Positions 56,434 to 64,000 of a DNA stretch of 64,000 bases are shown here, one piece after another; the stretch's first letter is position 1; every line of letters begins with the position of its first letter. The stretch comes from Eledone cirrhosa (taxonomy: Eukaryota). The translations under genes and the position numbers were made by a program. The notes beneath the pieces were generated by a model. That model saw nothing but the letters and a program-made list of their open reading frames with translations. It did no database searches and had not been told where the DNA came from. Location: the NCBI GenBank assembly GCA_964016885.1, contig OZ024750.1:39556001-39620000 (forward strand), read 5' to 3'.

Positions 56434-56616
56434 GTTATTATTAAAGGGCGGTGGATTGGCAGAATCGGTAGAGGGTCGGACGCCATGCTTTCCAGCATAA
56501 CTACGTCCCTTTACGGTCTGAGTTCAAATCACGTCGAAGTTAACTTACGGGGTCGATAAAATAAAGTACCAGTAATGCACTGAGTAATTGCTGGCCTTGT
56601 GCCAAAGGTAGAAACA

Positions 56617-56664
<48 letters not shown>
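56195..56664 (+). mobile_element. Two tandem SINEs with (ATT)n tails (~56195-56403 and 56443-56615)
   Basis: A and B boxes and the central domain are present in both; the second copy lacks the tgcctttcatcc segment. Confidence 0.85.
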
Positions 56665-56879
56665 GAATGCCATGGTTGACGGAGGCTCGGCTCTGTAAGG
56701 TATAGTAATTTTTAACCGTTAAAACAATTGTAAATTGTTTAAAACTTGAACCAAATTGTTGATAAAGACACCCTCCTCCTCGTGAGAGGGGTCTTTCTGT
56801 CCGTTATTTGGCCCTTCGGGGTTAAATAACCAGTTATTGGGGTTTTGTACCCAAAATTTCATTTTAAACAAAAAACAAC

Positions 56880-58976
56880 ATGGCTACGAAAAAGAAATTT
56901 CATACGTCACTCCCACTCATTCCGTCTTCTTCTTCCTCAATCATCACTACAGCAGAGAGAAGATTGTCTCTCTCCCTCCCTTCTTTAAATGTGTCTCTCT
57001 CCCTCCCTTCTCTTTCGCAAGTGACGAAAGAAAAGAAAAGTCTCGTGCAAAGCGTGCAAGGTTTCTCCACGACGACGACGACAGCGACGAAACAGGTGTG
57101 CGGGAAATACGAAAACCCAGTTCATTCGTCTGACGTCAGGAATAATAGCAGTAGCAGCCGTAATAACAACAGCAACAGTGACAATGAAAACAACAGTAGC
57201 AGCCGCAACAGCATCACCAGCAGCATAAACAACAACAGCATTAGCAGCAGCAACACCAACAACAACCACAGCAACAGCGGCGGAGGCAGTAGTCGTAGTA
57301 CCTGCAGCAACAACAAAAGTACCAGCAGCTCTGACGACAACAACAACAGCAGAGAAAAACCAATCTCATTTGCAGGTATTGCGAAAAACTTGGAAACAAT
57401 CCTCATAACAAATGAGGAATTAGAGGAAGCGAAGAAGATGGTGACAAAGAACGGACACCGAGCAATCTGCAAGGCAGCGAAAAATTTTTTCGAAACCCAA
57501 GAGCACTGTACGGTCACGTACCGTACAGTAAGTACAAAATCCCGTAGGGTGGAAAGAGCCACAGAGGCCCAAATACAAAAAGCCTTAGGGTCTGTGTGGC
57601 AGCGGAAAACGCACATCACCCGAGGCAAAAAATATGCCACCGTAGACGTACTTTTTGCCACACCCCAGGAGGCAAAGGCCCAATCAGTAGTGACCCTAAG
57701 GAGCGAGGAAATGGTGTTGGTGCCCTCCTACTGTGGGCAAAAAATTGTGAGGGTCAAACTGACCCACGTCCCCCCCGGAATGACCCCTTCTTGGCTGGCC
57801 GCGTCTGTCCTCGTCGGAATCGAGGACAAAACAACTGTACTGCAAGTACAGAAAAAAGTAAGAGAAGATTGGGTCGGCTCCTCCATTGAGATGCTAATCC
57901 AAACCAACCAGGAGTGCATCGAAGCTATCCCGGATGTGATAGACTTCGATAACGGCACTCAACTGCCCATAAGTGTTGAGGGCAAACGCCCGAAATGCTT
58001 TCGCTGTGGATCGAAGACCCACCTCAGGGCCTTCTGCAACGAGAAGACCCTGAGAAAGGAGAAAACCCCCCTCCTTCCGAATCCGGCTCCACGGCTACCA
58101 GCAACAGGACAAGCGGCAACCAGGAACGATAGGCCCGTGGCACCCATACCCACTCCACGGAAATCAAAAACAGCAGCAGCAGTGGAAATATTAACAACAA
58201 CAACAGCAATACCAAATGCAGCTGCAACAGAGACTCCAGTGCAAACATCACCAACAACAACAAGTGAAAGAGTGGAGCTGGTACCCCTCCCCGACCTCAC
58301 AGAATCAGACATGGAGTGTGAGGTGGGAGAGGGATGGCAAAAGGTCGCAAGAAGGCACAAACGCAGAAGCAGCGCATCGTCGCCTTTGAAAAGGGAGGAA
58401 AGAAATGAGAAAAGGGTAAAGTCTACTGCAAAGAGACCCACAGCAGCAACACCACCAACACCATCACCACCCACACTAGCACCACCATCACCACCGGCGA
58501 CAACCCCACCGCCAACAACACCTTCAACACCACCACCACAAGCACCAACATCGCAAACACAACAACAAAACACACACACCCAGCAACAACGACAAGAAAA
58601 TAGCAGAACCACACCCCACCCCCAGAAAAACAAATGCACGGCAATAAATACACACAACAAGAAACTAATGACTTACATAATTGAACACACAGACATTTCA
58701 CAACAGGACTACATAATACCAGCACCAATCAAAACGCCAACTAACATAAGACTGCTAAAAATAGCACAGAAACAATACACAAACATTAAAACGAAATTCC
58801 CCAACGCAGTTGGTGATTTCAGGGACCTAGGAGGAACCATCAATCGAAGAGTATACTCAGACATTCTCTTAGAAGAGCCGACGACCAGCCGAAGGGACGA
58901 TTCAACGGTCCCTTCACCAGACGATCAAGTGAAAAGGGATGTAAAAACCATCCCTCCTCTACCAAAAGTACGGTAA
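56880..58976 (+). CDS. Tx1 ORF1 gag-like protein (698 aa) with CCHC knuckle
   Basis: ATG start; SFAGI motif; VEGKRPK-CFRCGSKTHLRAFC; homologous layout to ORF1 of family B; lies 35 nt upstream of ORF2. Confidence 0.85.
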   Translation: MATKKKFHTSLPLIPSSSSSIITTAERRLSLSLPSLNVSLSLPSLSQVTKEKKSLVQSVQGFSTTTTTATKQVCGKYENPVHSSDVRNNSSSSRNNNSNSDNENNSSSRNSITSSINNNSISSSNTNNNHSNSGGGSSRSTCSNNKSTSSSDDNNNSREKPISFAGIAKNLETILITNEELEEAKKMVTKNGHRAICKAAKNFFETQEHCTVTYRTVSTKSRRVERATEAQIQKALGSVWQRKTHITRGKKYATVDVLFATPQEAKAQSVVTLRSEEMVLVPSYCGQKIVRVKLTHVPPGMTPSWLAASVLVGIEDKTTVLQVQKKVREDWVGSSIEMLIQTNQECIEAIPDVIDFDNGTQLPISVEGKRPKCFRCGSKTHLRAFCNEKTLRKEKTPLLPNPAPRLPATGQAATRNDRPVAPIPTPRKSKTAAAVEILTTTTAIPNAAATETPVQTSPTTTSERVELVPLPDLTESDMECEVGEGWQKVARRHKRRSSASSPLKREERNEKRVKSTAKRPTAATPPTPSPPTLAPPSPPATTPPPTTPSTPPPQAPTSQTQQQNTHTQQQRQENSRTTPHPQKNKCTAINTHNKKLMTYIIEHTDISQQDYIIPAPIKTPTNIRLLKIAQKQYTNIKTKFPNAVGDFRDLGGTINRRVYSDILLEEPTTSRRDDSTVPSPDDQVKRDVKTIPPLPKVR

Positions 58977-59011
58977 GTGGTCTTTCCCATCTTTTCCACT
59001 CTATTTTAAAC

Positions 59012-62000
59012 ATGACCTCACTCAGAATAGGCAGCATAAATGCGCGTGGCTTGGGGTCGTCATGGAAGCAGGGTCACCTGCTCAACGACCTCAGGTCACT
59101 AAACATAGATGTAGTGGCCATCAGCGAGACCAGAATCTCCGAAGCACGGGCCTTCGTACCGATCTTCGGCGGCTACGATGTGTACGCATCTCCCAGCCGT
59201 CCTGGATCGGGTGGAGGAGTTGCTGTGCTTTTTCGGAGAGGTTTGGATCTCGCCATACGGGCCATCTTCCTGGACCCAGAGGGTAAGCTGGTGGTGCTGG
59301 ACGTGACCAGCGGAGACGGGCAAGCTTTCAGGCTAGTGGCCGTCTATGCCCCGACAGGAGCAGGGCGGCCTGATTTCTTCCGGCGTCTGGAGACCTTTCT
59401 TGGAACGTCCCGCTCTTTAGTGTTAGTGGGCGACTGGAACGGGATCTTAGATGCACGCTGGGACTGTGTGGGATTAGCGGATAGGGGTGGAGGGTGCAAG
59501 AGCCTCACCAACCTGCTCAGGCGTTTTGAACTGTCTGACAGGTACCGATTGGATTTCCCGAATGTGCCAATGTGGACTTGGACAAACCGCATAGGGTCAT
59601 CCAGATCATATCTAGATAGAGTATTTTGTAGGGAAATAGATAGGTCTAGCATAGGCTGTCCACAATTCAAGATAGTCAGCTACACGGACCACAAATTTGT
59701 GATCTGTGTGCTTGACTTAGATAGGCTTCATAGACGAGGACCCGGCTACTGGAAGCTAAACGCGTCCTTACCAGCGCGCAAGGCCTACAGAGACCGGATT
59801 AGCGAACTAGTTAAGCGGGCGTTGACGGGGGCCATCGTCAACAACAAGTGGTGGTTTGCTCTGAAAAGAGCGATTAGAATAGAATCGATTAGGTTTAGTA
59901 AGGCTTTAGCAATAGAGAAAAATAGAGCAGAGGGAGAACTAGTTAGAAAATTAGACGAGGCGCTTAGCAAAGGCATTGCGACCGACGTGCTTGCGGCGAA
60001 ATTGGCCCTTGACCAATTCTTCAATGCAAAGCACGAAGGCTGCGTTGTCAGAGCTAGGGTGCGTGCTCTCAGACACGAGGGGACGAAAGCCGTTCAATGG
60101 GCCCGAGTGGCGGAGGCGCGTCGTGGCAACAAAGCCACGATCCGGTCTTTGGTGGACCACGACGGGCGCATGCTACTCGATCCCGGGCAAATGTGTGAAG
60201 CTTTTCAGTGACACTTCGCTCAGCTGTTCGGGGGCAGCGGGGGGCCGGGTAGAGGGATGGACTTTAGTGTCTACCTCGACGGACTGCCGCGGCTCTCGGC
60301 CACTGAGGCGAAGTGTTGCGAAAAGCCGATAACAGCCGCTGAAGTACGGGAGGCAATGACTGGCTGCACAAGGGGTAAATCGCCTGGTTTGGATGGTCTG
60401 CCCTATGAACTTTACGTACAGATGCCAGACTTGTTCGGAGGCCTCTTGGCGGACGTCTACTGCAACTGGCAACAGAACGGGAGAATTCCCAGTTCTGTGA
60501 GCCGAGGAGCGGTGGCACTGCTGAGAAAGGATCCGAACAAGGGGGATAACATAGACAATTTCCGGCCCATAACTCTGCTAAACACAGAGTTTAAGATTTT
60601 GGCCAAGGTGCTAGCAAAGAGGTTGGCGCTTGTCGTTGGTGGTCTGGTGGGCGAGGCGCAGACATGCGCCATTCCCGACAGATCCATCCACGACAACCTC
60701 CACCTCATGCGATACATCGTAGAGAGGGTAGCTAGGGAACCTGGCACGGGTGGGTCCTTGATCAATTTAGATCAGTCGAAAGCTTTCGATAGGGTCGACC
60801 ATCGTTACCTAGCGGCAGTCCTGAGGGCGGCTGGCTTTGGGCCCGTCTTCAGAGGCTGGATCGCTGCCATGCACAGCGACATCTGCTCTGTGGTGAGAGT
60901 GAACGGTCACCTGTCGGAACCGTTCAACATCATGCGCTCGGTCCGCCAAGGATGTCCCCTCTCGTCCCTCTTGTACGTATTGACTCTCGAGCCATTACTG
61001 CACAAACTGGAGACGTTGAGGGGAGTCCCGCGCGAACTAGGATGCGGAAGATCCGTGTCAGCATATGCGGACGATGTCACCGTAGTGGTGTCGAACGCCA
61101 AACACATCGAGGCGATCGGCACTACACTAAGAGAATACGAAGCGGTGACAGGAGCAATGATCAACCAGGAAAAGTCAGTGGGCCTGCAGCTCGGCACCTG
61201 GAGAGGCAGGTCCATGCCGTCCAACAGCGTCGTCGGGCGCTGGACGGACGGACCGTTTAAATTGCTAGGGGTCTGGTTCGGTCCGGACCTCCAGACGGAC
61301 AAAAACTGGGACGAGGTGACGAGCAGGGTGGCTTCTCTCACCCAGAAATGGGCGGAGAGGAAGCTATCCCTGAAAGGTCGAGCGGAGGTGGCTAACGCGT
61401 ACATCGCGTCTGTCATCTGCTACCGCCTGACCGTCGTACCTTGTCCTAAGCCTCGCCTGACTGCGCTGGAGCGTTTGCTCTTTCGCTTTTTGTGGAAGGG
61501 ACGTGCTCCGATGGTCAGGCGGTCCATCTGTTGTCAACACCCGCTACGTGGAGGGCTGGGCATGCCGTGGCTGATGATGCGCAGGCACGCGCTCAGGCTA
61601 CGACATCTCCACCTCTTCCTCGACGGTGATCAGGTGTGGTCGCCGTTTGCTAGACGCGTTTTTCCCCAGCTCGTTTCCTTGACGGAGCTGCAGTCCTGGG
61701 TCAAGCGAAGACCGAGAGGGAGCGCCTGGAGACTGGAATGTCTTCAGGCGCTCACAGCCCTCGACCAATCGGGCAATGTGATCGGTGGAAACTCCACCTC
61801 GGCGTTCTATAGAGGATTAGTGGAGGGGAAGAGCGACGACGTACTTGGGGAAACTCTAGGCGTCGACGAAAATCAACTAGCCAATCTCTTCGGAAGAACT
61901 TTCGGGCCAGGGCCTATGGACAACTTCCAGAAATCTCTGGCCTGGCAGTGCTACCGAGGAGCCTTGCCAGTTCGGGATAAACTCTACAGGCATGGAGGTG

Positions 62001-62431
62001 CCGTCAGCCGAGCATGTCCGAGATGCGCGCAGGGCGACGAAACCGTCCTGCACGCACTCGTCCAGTGTCCGAAAATTGCTGACTTGTGGGTTTATGTCGA
62101 ACACCTGCTGTCGCGTTTAGGACGGATCCAGCTATCATCTGAGTCTATCGTGAGGATTGCCCCGCCCTCCTCCTTTAGCCGGGAAGGGCAGGCAGTTTTT
62201 ATCTGTCTGGTGGCCATGGCGAAAGAGATAGTATGGTGGACACGTTTGAAAGGGCTGAAGACGAGCACTTACCTCTTCGGTGATGCTCTGATTGACTTTT
62301 TCAAATTTCATTTGAAAAGGAAAATCAGAGTAGAGAGGGAAGTGCTCTCTTCCCAGCATTTTGTTGAAAGATGGGTGAGAGAAGCAAGAATGGCCCGAGT
62401 GAATGGGCCGACTCTGAGTATATATCTGTAA
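59012..62431 (+). pseudogene. Tx1 ORF2 (APE endonuclease-RT-CCHC, 1139 codons) with a single in-frame TGA at 60209-60211
   Basis: 59012-60211 and 60257-62431 share one frame; CEAFQ*HF aligns with CETFQRHF in family B (probable CGA>TGA). All EN/RT motifs are present, including AYADD and CPRCAQGDETVLHALVQC. Confidence 0.9.
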
Positions 62432-62691
62432 ACTAAAGGTGGAAAACTGGGAGAGGGCACTTGCCTTGGTGGTCAGGGTCATTGTGGCTTTTTACTGGGC
62501 TTTCTCCACAAATGTCCCTCCGAAGTCTCCCCCCTATTGGGGAATTTTTCATTGTTATTTTCATTGTTATTTTTGTTACATCCTCTGTTTTTGTTTTTTT
62601 ACACGCAGAAATGCCCATTTGTACCGCCCTGCATTGTCCTGCACTGTCCTTAATGTCTACTTTATGTAAACCCTTGTGGTTAATAAAGAAA

Positions 62692-62723
<32 letters not shown>

Positions 62724-62732
62724 GTTATTATT

Positions 62733-62930
62733 AAAGGGCGGTGGATTGGCAGAATCGGTAGAGGGTCGGACGCCATGCTTTCCAGCATAACTACGTCCCT
62801 TTACGGTCTGAGTTCAAATCACGTCGAAGTTAACTTACGGGGTCGATAAAATAAAGTACCAGTAATGCACTGAGTAATTGCTGGCCTTGTGACAAAGGTA
62901 GAAACAATTATTATTATTATTATTATTATT
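62733..62930 (+). mobile_element. Duplicate of the SINE at 56443-56664
   Basis: Near-identical, including the diagnostic internal deletion (aagttaacttacggggtcg) and the preceding attgttattatt variant. Confidence 0.9.
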
Positions 62931-64000
62931 GAATGCCATGGTTGACGGAGGCTCGGCTCTGTAAGGTATAGTAATTTTTAACCCTTAAAACAATTGTAAA
63001 TTGTTTAAAACTTGAACCAAATTGTTGATAAAGACACCCTCCTCCTCGTGAGAGGGGTCTTTCTGTCCGTTATTTGGCCCTTCGGGGTTAAATAATCAGT
63101 TATTGGGGTTTTGTACCCAAAATTTCATTTTAAACAAAAAAACATGGCTACCAAAAAAAAAAAATTTCATACGTCACTCCCACTCATTCCGTCTTCTTCT
63201 TCCTCAATCATCACTACAGGAGAGAGAAGATTGTCTCTCTCCCTCCCTTCTTTAAATGTGTCTCTCTCCCTACCTTCTCTTTCGCAAGCCACGAAAGAAA
63301 AGAAAAGTCTCGTGCAAAGCGTGCAAGGTTTCTCCACGACGACGACGACAGCGACGAAACAGGTGTGCGGGAAATACGAAAACCCAGTTCATTCGTCTGA
63401 CGTCAGGAATAATAGCAGTAGCAGCCGTAATAACAACAGCAACAGTGACAATGAAAACAACAGTAGCAGCCGCAACAGCATCACCAGCAGCATAAACAAC
63501 AACAGCATTAGCAGCAGCAACACCAACAACAACCACAGCAACAGCGGCGGAGGCAGTAGTCGTAGTACCTGCAGCAACAACAAAAGTACCAGCAGCTCTG
63601 ACGACAACAACAACAGCAGAGAAAAACCAATCTCATTTGCAGGTATTGCGAAAAACCTGGAAACAATCCTCATAACAAATGAGGAATTAGAGGAAGCGAA
63701 GAAGATGGTGACAAAGAACGGACACCGAGCAATCTGCAAGGCAGCGAAAAATTTTTTCGAAACCCAAGAGCACTGTACGGTCACGTACCGTACAGTAAGT
63801 ACAAAATCCCGTAGGGTGGAAAGAGCCACAGAGGCCCAAATACAAAAAGCCTTGGGGTCTGTGTGGCAGAGGAAAACGCACATCACCCGAGGCAAAAAAT
63901 ACGCCACCGTAGACGTACTTTTTGCCACACCCCAGGAGGCAAAGGCCCAATCAGTAGTGACCCTAAGGAGCGAGGAAATGGTGTTGGTGCCCTCCTACTG
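62931..64000 (+). mobile_element. Second tandem Tx1 family C copy (5' part, runs off window; ORF1 start frameshifted)
   Basis: Same 5' junction (att)n|gaatgccatggttgacgg; near-identical to 56665-57730 with indels near 63150-63290. Confidence 0.9.

Larger units (their letters stand above)
56665..62693 (+). mobile_element. Full-length Tx1-clade LINE, family C
   Basis: 5'UTR, intact ORF1, ORF2 with one stop, and 3'UTR ending cccttgtggttaataaagaaatc(att)n. Confidence 0.92.

Noticed and set aside
60209-60211. In-frame TGA in Tx1 ORF2 (and at 32520-32522) as selenocysteine or programmed readthrough
   Set aside because: The stops are at different positions in the two families and align with Arg and Trp codons, so ordinary point mutations explain them.

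Overview
Eukaryotic, microsatellite-saturated intergenic or intronic DNA. The repeat make-up (tRNA-derived SINE, (TA)n/(CA)n/(GGT)n seas, RTE and Tx1 LINEs) suggests an octopus-like mollusc genome; this is an inference. No host gene can be supported, and nearly all ORFs in the supplied track are translation artefacts of simple repeats. Real coding content is retroelement-derived: one intact RTE LINE ORF with three C-terminal C2H2 fingers (22275-25820, -), two near-full-length Tx1-clade LINEs with only nonsense or frameshift lesions (29693-35396 -, 56665-62693 +) plus truncated relatives, and a frameshifted Penelope-type GIY-YIG endonuclease remnant missed by the ORF track (16666-17003). The main hidden signal is RNA-level. 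A 467-bp, near-identical tandem array (46796-50262) carries a minimal type I hammerhead ribozyme in every monomer, with monomer ends that pair with each other (retrozyme/circRNA-like). A second AT-rich hammerhead family shows covarying stems (18.9, 37.0-37.2 and 46.1-46.7 kb), and a third hammerhead lies behind the GIY-YIG remnant. These and other families share one insertion architecture: two divergent arms whose outer ends usually abut (TA)n. Also notable are target-specific Tx1 families (TATCT satellite versus SINE (ATT)n tails), a 3.1-kb minisatellite born from a 3-unit seed in a Tx1 3'UTR, and a SINE 3' end that resembles the Tx1 3' end.
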